A model generated the notes under the pieces. That model worked only from the letters and a program-made list of their open reading frames with translations, searched no databases and was not told where the DNA came from. A DNA stretch of 61,668 nt, the filler included, from Squatina squatina (taxonomy: Eukaryota): the NCBI GenBank assembly GCA_031763465.1. It is 3 parts of 3 records of this genome, joined end to end, with 100 filler letters (N's around TTAATTAATTAA, not from the genome) between each part and the next. Parts side by side here need not be neighbours in the genome. Positions count along the whole stretch, not along the records: positions 26,362 to 46,994 come from JARFOE010000013.1; positions 47,095 to 61,668 come from JARFOE010000162.1; 1 more part is not named here. One strand, given 5' to 3'. Shown here one piece after another: positions 39,177-51,297 of the stretch. Within the stretch, counting starts at the first letter, position 1. Every line of letters begins with the position of its first letter. The position numbers and the translations under genes are program-made.

Positions 39177-39231
39177 GCTGAAGGCAGTCGACTACAGAGG
39201 GAACTACGGGGCTATTTAACTGCAGTGAAAG
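39177..39231 (+). CDS. AMPH: Amphiphysin 1 exon 3 (BAR)
   Basis: ttttcag|...G|gttgca, 55 nt; AEGSRLQRELRGYLTAVK(G) vs human AEGTRLQRELRGYLAAIKG. Confidence 0.95.
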
Positions 39232-39676
39232 GTTGCAACACAATCCTGATACTCTGTTTTATGATGTGTGTGCTTGACATCGAATTTGACTCCTAATTAC
39301 TCAGCAGTCCTTTTCTACCTAGTGGCTCGGTTCCTGGTTTCTATCATTTCTAAAATGCTAAAATCTTCACAGACCTGCCTAGTCCGTTAGTTGCAATGTA
39401 TAAGAATTTATTCAGTGCTTTCAGTGGGGGCCTTCAGTCAACAGGATCATGGGTTAGAAAATCAGCACCACCAGGTTGTAGCCCCATCTCCAGCCCACAA
39501 TCCCACCTAGTAGGATTGCGTATAGAGTCTGCAAGTCGTTCCCCCCCACCCCCACTATTCTTCAGTATTAGGTGCAAGAAATAGTAGAACTTCACATGGG
39601 CTTGTTCAAACAGAAAGGAGGCCACGATTGAGCATCATCTTTTGGTTTCCAGAGTTTGGGAGAAAAACATTATTGT

Positions 39677-39820
39677 AGAAACATAGAAAATAGGTGCAGG
39701 AGTAGGTCATTCAGCCCTTCGAGCCTGCACCGCCATTCAATAAGATCATGGCTGATCATGCAACTCAGTACCCCGTACCTGCTTTCTCTCCATACCCCCT
39801 GATCCCTTTAGCCGTAAGGG
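39677..39820 (-). mobile_element. Young CR1 3' end
   Basis: Near-identical to 2737-2824; ends at a gap. Confidence 0.8.
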
Positions 39821-40714
39821 NNNNNNNNNNNNNNNNNNNNNNNNNNNNNNNNNNNNNNNNNNNNNNNNNNNNNNNNNNNNNNNNNNNNNNNNNNNNNNNN
39901 NNNNNNNNNNNNNNNNNNNNTGCATTTATATTGTCCCTTTCACCAACTCAAGACCTCCCAAAGCCCTTTACAGCCAATAAAGCATTGTAATGTAGGAAAC
40001 ACAGTAACTAATTTGCGCACAAGGTTCCACAAAAAGAAATTAGATAAATGCTCAGATATTTTTTTTAATGATGTTGATTGAGGGATCCTTGTTTACTGGG
40101 ATATAAAGGTAGGATCAAAGAATTGCAGAAGTAAATCTGATGCAGTCATTTTAATCTGTATATGTTGTTTTAATAGTATGGCACTTTCCACTTTTTGGGA
40201 GGGACAGGGGAATGTGGTGAACTTGTCATGTAACCTCCAGTGATAAATATCAAGTTTAAGGATTAATTTAATTCACAAAAACATGGGTTTCAAATCAGAC
40301 TAAAGTATTTCAGAAAAGCCCAAAGCCTCTCACGAGGTGCACTGATGTGAAGTTTTCAAATATAAATCTTGCTGTCACCAAAGCCCAGCTTCATTTGTAC
40401 AAGTGACAGTGTTGTATGAACCTTGAATGAGGGTTAGACTGAAGTGCAGTGGAATAGTGACAGACTAATTCCGCTGTCATCTTAACCTTTGGAACTATAG
40501 TCTGTGTTGGAAGAGAAACTAAAGTAATGATGAGGACAATTGCCCCAATCTCTTCTGCAGGTTGGTGGAACGACCTCTTTTGATTGGTTACATGTCAGTT
40601 GCTCAACATTAATGCAAAGATTGTGAGTTCTTTGTATTCGCTTTTCCAGCAATGTTTGCAATGAAAACAATATCATCTTAAACATAAAACACCAATATTC
40701 TTGATTTCTTTTAG

Positions 40715-40800
40715 GCAGAAGAGGAGTTTCAAAAGGCACAGAAAGTCTTTGAGGAACTAAATACTGACCTACAGGATGAGTTACCATCATTGTGGTCGAG
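40715..40800 (+). CDS. AMPH: Amphiphysin 1 BAR exon (human exon 7 equivalent)
   Basis: tttag|...AG|gtattg, 86 nt; [28 protein letters not shown](R). Confidence 0.96.
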
Positions 40801-42652
40801 GTATTGAACTCCATTCTTTCTCATGTAGCGCAAAACGTGTTATCCAAAAGTATGTTTAACCTCTCTCATTTGTATATCTTCAATGAGAAGTCAAAGGCTT
40901 CAATTCAAAGAAGATTTTTCTTCACATCATTGAAGCTGATTCAGTCACTGCTTCATCAGCTTAGCATGTCCATCACTTATTTCTGTCCGTTTAGTCAGAA
41001 TTCAACATTATGGGCCTGATTTTAATTGGGGGCGGGGGGTGGGGTCGGGGGGTGGGGGGGGNNNNNNNNNNNNNNNNNNNNNNNNNNNNNNNNNNNNNNN
41101 NNNNNNNNNNNNNNNNNNNNNNNNNNNNNNNNNNNNNNNNNNNNNNNNNNNNNNNNNNNNNTACCTTCACACCCAAATCCCTCCCTCCCATTTGTAATGG
41201 ATCCTTGCAGCTCCCTCCCAAGTCTTTAGCACTATATGGCCATCAGTAGTCCCAGTAGCAGTCACCGACCCAGTGCTCTGAGCTGGTCTGTTGCTCCATG
41301 AATTCCACCATCCACTTCCAATTGCTGTTAGATCTGAAACATCACTCCCAGTGCTCTGACCCTGCCTGTTCCTCCCCTTCAAGTCTACTCTTACTGTTCC
41401 AAATCTGAGATCCCTCTCCCAGTATCCTATACTCAAACAGTCCTCCTCCCACATCCCAAGATCGGGTTCCCATCGCTGCTGCCCACCCATCCAACACCAC
41501 TCACAGATCCTGGAACCCACTTCCACCACTGAGTCCCAAGGGCATTCCTTCCCGAACACCTCTTTGACTCTCCAACACCTGGACAGTCCTCTCCTTCTGC
41601 TTTCAGACCTCTGGACCAATTTCCCACGACAAACCACTTTTTATTGCACCTTGTCCTCTGCTGTTGCAACCTGGAACATCATCCTGTATGTTTCTGCACT
41701 TTGTTTTTAAAGAAAGACATATTCTAGTAAATGCCAGTGATTATAATTTCCATGCACTATCTCACAATTTGATACTTTTGCAATTAAAAACTCAATTTCA
41801 CTAAATCACCACAAATCAGTTGTCCTGATAATGTTATCTAGTTTGGAACAGCATATCCTTTGTTCCAGCGTGAGCAAGGCCACAGAAGATGCATGTACTT
41901 ATAAAGAACATGCCCTCTGACCCGGATTTAAGTTTCTTGAGCACTTTTTCAAAAAATGTCAAAGTTATGTTTTAAACCATTAACAATTGGATATATTCAA
42001 ATGTTTGATGCTATTTTGCACTGCTTTTTGCTACTGTTGACAAAGGAGAAGGAGGTAGGTTTGGAGTGTGTGTGATGTAGAACAGTTGGTAGTAGCTTTT
42101 AAACAGATCCATGATTGTGGCTAGGAACACCAAATCATGTGGGCTTTAGTCTGGCTAAGGAGGCTTAGATCTTGGCCTTCTGCCAAAAACTAAGATGAAG
42201 CAAGATTAGTACCAGGTGGTAAATCTTATTAATGTTTGATATTGCCCCTGCTGACTGTAAATATCAATCCGCTTTTTTTGCTTTGTGCATTTACCCTAGA
42301 TATTGGTGTTTGTGTTTGTGTTTAGCTATTGAGTTTGTGTGGATATCAAATCCCTTTATAGTCAGTCTAATGTTCCTGTTTGTATTTTAGAATTAAGAAA
42401 TGGATAGCTTAAGTATAAAACAAAGCTATTCATTCTCAACACTGCCCTTCCTGATACATCTCTCCAGACTATTTACATGTTATCCTATGTCAGGGTAAAT
42501 GGTGAGAATACAAGGCCGAACTGTGCCTATATTCAATGCCTCTTATTCAGTGATTTTTGGTCAGCCCCAGTCTTACTGTGACAAGGTATGTATAATTCTC
42601 TTACAGTATCACCAACTAATTTATGGCTGTACGCTCTGCTGCCCTATTACAG

Positions 42653-42803
42653 TGACTCGGGGCCGCTGCGAATTTCCAAGACCCCGACACCACCAGAAGA
42701 ACCGTCTCCACCCAGTAGTCCTGTGGCCAGCCCTAACCATACTTTGGCACCTTTGGCAGCATCACCAGCTCATACTCCAACTCGTCCCAAGTCGCCATCT
42801 CTG
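42653..42803 (+). CDS. AMPH: Amphiphysin 1 proline-rich exon (human exon 10 equivalent)
   Basis: ttacag|T GAC...CTG|gtaaag, 151 nt; DSGPLRISKTPTPPEEPSPPSSPVASPNHTLAPLAASPAHTPTRPKSPSL. Confidence 0.95.
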
Positions 42804-43784
42804 GTAAAGTTCTAAAACAAAAGCAAAATACTGTGGATGCTGGATTCGGGGAAAGTTCTATTGTGTTTAACAGCACAAACAAACTGAAAATGTTCTTCTT
42901 TGCATATGTAACGCCCCCACAGGCTGCACAGACTTTACACAATGGGCAGGTTTGAACCATTGGAAAATACGTTAAAGTGGCATACAGAATGCAGGTAAAA
43001 GTAATGAGAGAAAGGGGAAAATAATGATGGCAACAAATGTAGAAAGCGCTGCAGACGGTTCACTCAACGTCAGTAGGGCAAATGTTTTAGGTGTGAGCCT
43101 CTCGACAGGTGTTAACCCTTCATTTACATATGATGAACACTTGCTGCCCTTTTTCCATATTCTCTGGCCCGTATTCTTGGGCACTGTGATTCGCTGGTGG
43201 AAGTGGCGACAGCAGTTGACCCGGTCACTATCCCCAATCATGGGGACAAGGCCATTTAAGTAGTTGGAACAGAGGGCCTGCACCTGCATGAGTCCAACTA
43301 GGCACCTGACCCGACTGTGGGCTGGGAAATGGGAGNNNNNNNNNNNNNNNNNNNNNNNNNNNNNNNNNNNNNNNNNNNNNNNNNNNNNNNNNNNNNNNNN
43401 NNNNNNNNNNNNNNNNNNNNNNNNNNNNNNNNNNNACTGCATTGCACTTAATGTTGAAAGTAGCTTGGACTGTGAGACGGGACTACATAGTGCTTTTTTT
43501 AACACTCCAATTTGTTTTTCTCAAGGCAAGCACAGAACTGGTTCAGCCTGTGAGTATACCTCCTCATTTCCTTATCATTTACAGTGTCCTAAAGATAACT
43601 TCTCTGTAATCTCTAAGAGAATGGCGCACTTTTTATGGCATATTCTCTCACATGGTGCAACTATTTTTACACCAACTTGATTTTACGCTTTCATCTTTGT
43701 GAGATTTATTTAGCTTTTATTAAGGTAAATTTGTGCCTGTTTACTGCATGCGGTTTATTCTATTTAATTCATTTCCTATAATGG

Positions 43785-43896
43785 GGAAATCTACGGTCAG
43801 GTGCCCTGGGTGTGGAAGAGGACTTATGGGGAGCACTGACCGGAAACCATGATCCCATAGCGCCTGCTCTTCACCAACACCTGACCCTAGAATTCC
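43785..43896. mobile_element. Short palindromic MITE
   Basis: ggaaatctacggtcaggtg ... cacctgaccctagaattcc, 17/19 inverted match at the ends. Confidence 0.6.
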
Positions 43897-44233
43897 AATA
43901 TTTAGCATTACATAATTCTAGGATCTCTCTCACGTGTTTTATATCATTTACTTTAACTTATTTTATCGCGTGGAAAAATTTGTGTTGATTTTTATTTGCT
44001 TTTTTTTCATCTCTGCTTCTACTATCTTTTTATATCTGTCTTCACTCATTCTCTGTCTAAAGCCCGACTCTTCAAAAAGTCTCTCCTCTCTCNNNNNNNN
44101 NNNNNNNNNNNNNNNNNNNNNNNNNNNNNNNNNNNNNNNNNNNNNNNNNNNNNNNNNNNNNNNNNNNNNNNNNNNNNNNNNNNNNNNNNNNNNNNNNNNN
44201 NNNNNNNNNNNNNNNNNNNNNNNNNNNNNNNNN

Positions 44234-45709
44234 GGTTCTCACGACGAAGCTCAGCCATGTGCTCAGGAACAGGAGACTGCAGGGAGCTGTACTGACCGAT
44301 CAGCTGATAGCGTTGCGAACCCTGTGTATCAGGCTGAGGAACAGGAACAGGGTTCAGTCAATGCAGAGAGTTGGCAGGAGAATCCATTAGGCGAACAGGT
44401 AGACACTGAAGTAATGGAGAGCAGGTGTTGGCAGACAAATCTGTGTGTGGAACTAGAGTGTGACTCTGAATTCTGTGTAGGTCAGAAGACATTCATGGCT
44501 CCGATTGTATCCCAGGACAGAGGTATAGAACTGGCTGTAGGGGAAAGTGTGAGTGAGTTAGGACAGATAAATAATGAATCCAGTTTTGAACAATGTGATT
44601 CAGTAGCACAACTGGGACATGGGGTAGTAGAGAATGCAGATGAGATTCATGAGGCCAAAACTCACACAGGCGAGGGCCCTGGGGGAAATGCTGCAGAAAT
44701 GGAAGAGTTGGACTTCAGTGAGCAGCATCAGCACAGTGACATCCCCAGAAGCTATCAAAATGACACTGCTGGTCACGGTACAAAGGCTGGAATTCCACTT
44801 AACCATGAAAGTGATGACATTCCAGATAGCCAGGAGAATGAGGACATCCCTGTTATGTGTGGGAATGATGATACTCCGAGTAACCAGAAAATAGAGGGAG
44901 TTGTTTGCGGATGTGAAGGGGATCAAATCCATGCACTTCAAGATGACACAGTTGGTATTAGCCATCACGATACAGCCAGAACAGGTCAGTCTCAGGATGT
45001 GGAGAGCCAGTTTGAAACAATTAACACAAAGAACAAAGAAACAGATAACACAACTAACACAGAAAAGGAAACTAGCCGAACAGATGAGACACATACTGAT
45101 ATCCCAATTGTGAATCGAGCAGACACATTTCACAGAGAGATTGGTGATGACAATAGATTTGCCCCTCAAAGCCCAGAGTCGGACCCCTGGAGCAGAGAAA
45201 AGCATGAAATATGGCCAGAAAACTGGGAGCCTACTGTTAGCAGCAATGAGTGGGGTTTCTCTAGCCTGCTGGAAAGCCAGACTAATGGATTTGATCCTTG
45301 GCCACCATTTCAGGAGGGGCAAGGGGAGATCGGTGACCCAAACGGAGATGGGAAAGCAGACATTTGGAAAGGGTTTAGTGAGAATGTCAGTTTTTGTCCT
45401 ACACCAGATTCAGATGAATTTGGTACTACAGGGGCNNNNNNNNNNNNNNNNNNNNNNNNNNNNNNNNNNNNNNNNNNNNNNNNNNNNNNNNNNNNNNNNN
45501 NNNNNNNNNNNNNNNNNNNNNNNNNNNNNNNNNNNNNNNNNNNNAGCCCCCAAATGCCCTATCCAATCGAGAACTTAAGCAACGCTAGCAACGATTGTTC
45601 ATCCAGCCCTAAAGATAATGAAACAAACCTCTCGGATCTATCGGAAGATGAGATTGCTAACCGGAGATACGGACTGTTATACCAGGAGCTAGATGCTGAA
45701 AGAGAAGAG
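44234..45709 (+). CDS. AMPH: Large acidic, disordered AMPH exon (5' end in a gap, internal 109-N gap); probable alternative insert
   Basis: About 400 stop-free codons before the gap and 55 after it; same strand as AMPH; ends GAAGAG|gtacct in phase 0; has DPW, WxxF and YxxL motifs. Confidence 0.8.
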
Positions 45710-46994
45710 GTACCTTGTCAAGTGTTTAGTGTAGAAAAAATTATTAGGTATGACTAAATATCATTGTAAAATAACAGCTATAGCTTCATTATGATCCTTG
45801 ATTCACCCCTTTCCTTCAACTGTCTGTTCTATGTTATTTCTCCCAAAGGACATGTCATAGTAAATAGTAAAAATAATACCTGTCATATGTGCTATCGTGT
45901 CTGAAGTGATACAGTTCATGATTATAACCCAATATTTCACTTCTTTCTCCATTGTTTCCAGATGCCCAGTGCTGCTTTTAATGGATTCACACAGGTAAAA
46001 CATCTCTGATAAACAGTACAGTCCCCCTTCGGAGATGGTCTAATGCACAATCAGCTCAATTTTGCTGGTACACTTTAATAAATTAGAGCTTCCAACATGC
46101 AGTCTTGTCTGACTGAGCGGAAGATCAGACATTCGGGCACGGAGGAGGTCAGCACACTCCTTGTGAAGCCCTCCTAATGTTTCATGGGGGGAAATTGGGC
46201 CGGCCCACCACCTCCTTGCCCGATTGTCTAACCCTCGCTCCTGTCAAGGAGGGCTCCCTGCTCAGAGCACAGGACCTGAATTTGCCCTGTGATGTGCTGG
46301 TTGTATACTTCACAAATTTTTCTTTAATGTTTCAACAGTCCTAGAGGGGAAATTTGGTGTCCTTTGAGCATATATTGGGTGCTATGGAGAATAAGCAGCT
46401 AATAGTAGTTATAGGAAATGAAGGTGGAAATACTTCCTGGGGATATCTTGCAGAAATGCACAGCTTGCATGTAAGAGATCCTGAGGTGGTATCCTTTGAA
46501 TCTGAACTGTCCTTTTAAAAATGCATTATTGTACATTATATTGAAGCTATAATTACTCGGAAAAATTACAAAACCAGTTTTGTGATTAATAAGTGTAATG
46601 TACAGAACTATGAATTCCATAATTGCTATATGAATGCTATGAATTTCAGAATGGCCTGGATCTTGCGGTTAGCGGCGAATGAATGACAATAGGCATTCAT
46701 TGCACTTCTACTTGCCCACATGCTTTGCGTGGACTTTTGCACTGGAACTTGCGGTAATTAGAGAGTCAAAACAGAGCGGCACCCTTTACAGGGTATTTGG
46801 GACTTACATGAACAGGTCGAGCAATTGTGTGTTTCCTTAACCAATCAGATTGAAGAATCCTTACTGAGACACGCAGTGTCTGAAGCAGGAAGTGCAAGTT
46901 AGAATATTTAATTCAATGTAAAATCATGTACAGGAAGTGAAATAGAGGGAGAGAAAAATGTGATTAAGAGCGAGAGAAAAGACAAAGAAAAATT

Positions 46995-47094
46995 NNNNNN
47001 NNNNNNNNNNNNNNNNNNNNNNNNNNNNNNNNNNNNNNTTAATTAATTAANNNNNNNNNNNNNNNNNNNNNNNNNNNNNNNNNNNNNNNNNNNN
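46995..47094. other. Artificial scaffold linker N44-TTAATTAATTAA-N44
   Basis: 12-mer at 47039-47050; same layout as 26262-26361. Confidence 0.95.
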
Positions 47095-47097
47095 CGT

Positions 47098-48112
47098 AGT
47101 TTCCTTTGTTTAGATTTAAGACCCTAGTTTCAGATTGAACTACATCACTTTCAAACTTAATGAAGAATTCTGTCATATTACGGTCACTCTTCCCTAAGAG
47201 CCCCTTTACAACAAGATTATTAATTAATCCTTTCTATATACTAGATCTAAAGTAACCTGTTCTCTAATTGGTTCCTCAACATACTGATCTAGAAAATTAT
47301 CTCGTATACATTCCAGGAATGCATCCTCCATAGAATTAGTGCTAATTTGGATTGCCCTGTCTATATGTAAATTAAAGTCCCCCTTGATTACTGTGTTACC
47401 CTTGTTACATACACTTCGAATTTCCTGATTTATACCATGCCCTACATTACCACTACTGTTTGGTGGCCTATAAACAACTCCCACCAATATTTTCTGCCCC
47501 TTGCTGTTTCTTAGCTCCACCCAAACTGATTCTACATCTTGGTCTTCCGAGCCAAGATCCTTTCTCACTATTGTACTGATCTCATCCTTTATTAACAACG
47601 CTACCCCACCTCCTTTTCCTTTTTGCCTGTCCTTCCTAAATGTCGAATACGCTTGAATATTCAGTTCCCAGCCATGGTCACCCTGCAGCCACATCTCCGT
47701 AATGGTCATTAGATCATACCCATTTACTTCTACTTGTGCCGTCAATTCATCCACCTTGTTGCGAATGCTGCGTGCATTCAGATAAATTTAATTTTGCCTT
47801 ATTGACATTATTCTGTTTTTTGACTTTATTTGCTGCTGGCCTTTGTTTCACTGCCTTCTAATTTCACTTACTACTTCTCTGCCTTCTGCTTCCAGCTTTG
47901 TTTCCCTGCCTTCTGAATCTCCTCTCAGGTTCGATCCCCCTGCCAAGTTCGTTTAAACCCGCCCCAACAGTACTAACAAATCCACTGTGAGGATATTGGT
48001 CCTGGTCCTGCTGAGGTGTAACCCGTCTGGCTTGTACCAGAAACCTGCCCCAGAAACGGTCCCAATGCTTCAGGAATCTAAAGCCCTCCCTCCTGCACCA
48101 TCTCTCCATCAA
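47098..48112 (-). mobile_element. CR1 LINE: ORF1 SGNH-esterase end plus ORF2 APE endonuclease
   Basis: ERWCRREGFRFLKHWDRFWGR (ORF1); ITEMWL...FRKDRQKGKGGGVALLIK...VVYRPP...GDFN...LDLV (ORF2). Confidence 0.92.
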
Positions 48113-49163
48113 TCACCAAGAATGGAATAAAGTCCTCACAGGATGTGGGAGGATGTGTACTCAAGCTAGCTGCGGGAGTCAGTGGGCTTACAGTGGATAT
48201 TAGTCGATAGACTATCCCCAGAAAGAGAGATGAAAAATTCGAGGGAGGGAAGGGAAGAGTCGAGGATAGAGACAGATCATGTGAAGCCGAGGGAAGGGTG
48301 AAAATTGCCAAGGGCAGGGTGAAAATTGGAAGCTACGTTGATCAACACTGCCTGAGTGTCTACACTGCTGTCTGAGTGTCCACATTGATGCCAGCAATAA
48401 TCTCCTACACTCTCTGAAATGCAGTAGTGTGTTGAAATGCTCCTGTTTCTCATCAGTGGGAAAGGAGATGAAAGTGCTGAGCGTACTGATAGATACATCA
48501 GTCACGTATGTCACACAGGTTTGGCCAGCATATTAGCTGATACAGCGGTGCTCATCTACGAAGAGTTTGAAGCAGAAACATTGAGGGTCTCGGTAACTTT
48601 AACTGCTGCTAACTTCAGTGTGACAGAAACCCAGTATATGCGAGTAAACAGGATTTTCACCGCACTTACAGCAAAATTATGGCGGTAGAGTGGGAGTTAT
48701 CCTTTTGACTTCTTTCTGCTTAGATATATAGGAGTTGTAAAATGCACCCTTCCCTCTAATTGACACATACTGAGCTGTTAGTTGCTGTTTTCTGTATAAT
48801 CTTTGGGTGCTGGGGGGGAATTGAAAACCGAGCATTGTACAGACAAAATCTGTTTCTCTCCTCTGCGCCCCTTGTTGTTTTCTCCCACTGGGCTTATTCG
48901 GATCACGTTTTGATGGTCGAATCTCTTGTTCCTCCCATTTGCTGTACATTATTGACCCATTCTTCACTGAAATTTAAATGACTGACTCATTTAGCTGGCA
49001 CAAAGTGTGTCGTGGTGGAAGATATTGCTTCGGTGCTGTGATGGAGCACCAGCACACCCAAAGGCAGATTACAACATCACAGCACTGACAAAAAACATAA
49101 ATATAAAGTCAACTCCAAAAGAGTTATTGCGCGCACAGAAGATATCAAACCACCTTTACATGC

Positions 49164-49177
49164 CTGCCACCTAGTGG
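49164..49177 (-). promoter_or_regulatory. CTCF core motif candidate
   Basis: Minus strand CCACTAGGTGGCAG fits CCACYAGRKGGCRS exactly. Confidence 0.55.
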
Positions 49178-49309
49178 AGTGGCAGAGCATGGCAGACAGT
49201 TTCAAACAACCCCAGCTCAGCTCACTTCTTTCAGCTGGTGCAGAATACCAATATTGACAAGCAGGAAATAGGGTGTTTTGTGTGAAAGATCTCCTGTATT
49301 CATCACGCC

Positions 49310-49452
49310 ACAAAGAAAGAAGTTAAAGATTTAACAGTTTTTAAGCAAGTGCAGAGCCAGGGTAAAAGTGCAGGGGTGGGTGCGTGGTGGGTCAAGGTGG
49401 AAGGGGGAAGGAAAGAACAAAGGGGAAGGTCTGTGATAGGGTGGAGGTAGGA
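49310..49452 (-). mobile_element. Penelope-like element fragment
   Basis: ttttaagcaagtgcag...aaagaacaaaggggaaggtctgtgataggg is shared with 60405-60485. Confidence 0.75.
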
Positions 49453-49552
49453 NNNNNNNNNNNNNNNNNNNNNNNNNNNNNNNNNNNNNNNNNNNNNNNN
49501 NNNNNNNNNNNNNNNNNNNNNNNNNNNNNNNNNNNNNNNNNNNNNNNNNNNN

Positions 49553-50555
49553 ACCATTACTTGAGCAGCCCGATGGTCAGCTCGATGACATTCTATGTGG
49601 CAGCAGGGCTGTCATTAAATGGTTGCTGGCCATGAGTGGTGGGATTGCGGAGGGGAGTCATCAGCCAGGTGTAGAGCGGATAGCCATTGTCACCTAGCAG
49701 CCACCCTCGGGTTCGGCGTGGTGGCTGGAAGATTGCCTGCACAGCGGACTGGAGCAGGATGAAGGTACCTTGACTGCTGCCAGGATAGTGGGCATTTACC
49801 ATCATGATGCTCTGGGCACGGTCGCATACTTACTGCACATTAAGTGAGTGGTAGCCTTTGTGGTTATGGTACACCTCAGCATTGATAAGCGGTGCCCGCA
49901 AAGCCACGATTGCGCAGTCGATGGCTCCCTGCACCATGGGGAAGCCCGATATCCTGGCAAAGCCACATGCACGCTCCTCCTGCTTCTCTCTGTTTTGAGA
50001 GAAGACAATGAAGTCCCTTCTCCTGGAGTACAGAGCCTCTGGGACCTCCCGGATGCAGTGATGGATGGCGAACTGCCGTCGTCGACCTACTCTGAGGCTG
50101 CAGGTCTGGTTCCCAAGAGGTGGCAAAGTTCTGCGAGGATCTACTTGGTGAAGCGAAGTTGCCGAACATACCACGGGCCAGGTAGGAGGAGTGCTCCTTG
50201 AAGACCCTAAATGCGTAAGGCCTCTTGCTGAGAGCCCTCCTTCCCCTCCCTCTGTGAGAAGCTTGTCTTCTTTGTTGCCTCTTCTCCACCTCCCTGTCAC
50301 GCTGCAGCGCGAGGGGGACTGTAAATAGACCCCCCATGACTGGGAGCAAGTGATGTACTCACAGGCCTTCCAGTAGGAGCCAATGCCTTCCCAAAGTCTA
50401 GCAGCCCTCCCTGCACACATTGACAACTTTTGAAATGTCCTCCAGCAAGCCGGTATTGATATAAGCTCTGCAAGAGCCAGTACAAGAGAAATAATCAGCT
50501 AACCTGCAAGTTGGATGTATCCCTTTAAATAGCACTGGTGGTGGATTCCTCGTGC
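49553..50555 (-). pseudogene. Harbinger transposase of a second family, with its leader; frameshifted
   Basis: FAIHHCIREV, GFPMVQGAIDC, NHKGYHSLNVQ*, YPGS, WLLGDNGYPLYTWLMTP, NVIELTIGLLK*. Confidence 0.9.
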
Positions 50556-50559
50556 AACT

Positions 50560-51297
50560 GAAAGCTGAGGGCAGTGGTCACATTCACAGCCACTGGCAGT
50601 GCATGCCCACCAGGTCCAGCAGGGAGTAAGCCTTCTTCTAGGAGGCCGCAAATGTCTGCCACCAACTGATGCGATACCCTCAGCCTTCGGAAGCACTACC
50701 CTTTCAAGAGGTCTAGTAAGCTGAGTCTCTGTTACATGGGTAGTGCTTTCTGCGAGCTCAACTTCTCTGCTGCTCCCCTCTCTGCTCACCACCTGCAGGT
50801 CTCTCCACGGCAGACTGTTGTTGCTGCTGATGGTCATCTTGCTCCTTGTCTAAGGTCCAATCTAAGGCAGCCAGGGCGCCACCCATCCTGACCTTGAGTC
50901 TCAATACCTCCAAAGTACAGATATCAGCCTCTCAACACCAGTACTCACAACAGACCCTTTCCCAGTGGCAGGTAAGAAAGCAGCTGTGAGCACTGACTAT
51001 CAATTGTTGTTGTATTTGCTTGACTTTTAAGGCACCCCATGAATTGCTGTTCTCTACTCCCCTTGGTTTCAATTGCACGTTTCAGGAAGCCCGGGAAATC
51101 CGTTAAATTAAATGCCAGTTAAAATATTGTTGCGCTATTCAAATCATTAACCCACCTCTTCAGAGGGGGTTACACACATGCAGCTGGCCGCCCTCTAGTT
51201 AAATCCGTAAGTCGGTGCATTGGAGCCAGCTTCTGCACCAAATTTAAGTCCTGACCTGCACCTAAACCCATGTCCCTCAATATTAAAACTCCCCCTA
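50560..51297 (-). mobile_element. Harbinger left end plus transposase N-terminus (same family as 7571 and 61008)
   Basis: Minus strand starts GGGGGAGTTTT; encodes MGGALAALDW...DDHQQQQQ and CFRRLRVSHQLVADICGLLEEGLLPAGPGGHALPVAVNVTTAL. Confidence 0.85.

Noticed and set aside
44600-45322. 240-aa antisense ORF over the large AMPH exon
   Set aside because: Shadow of the sense-strand codon bias; no domain features
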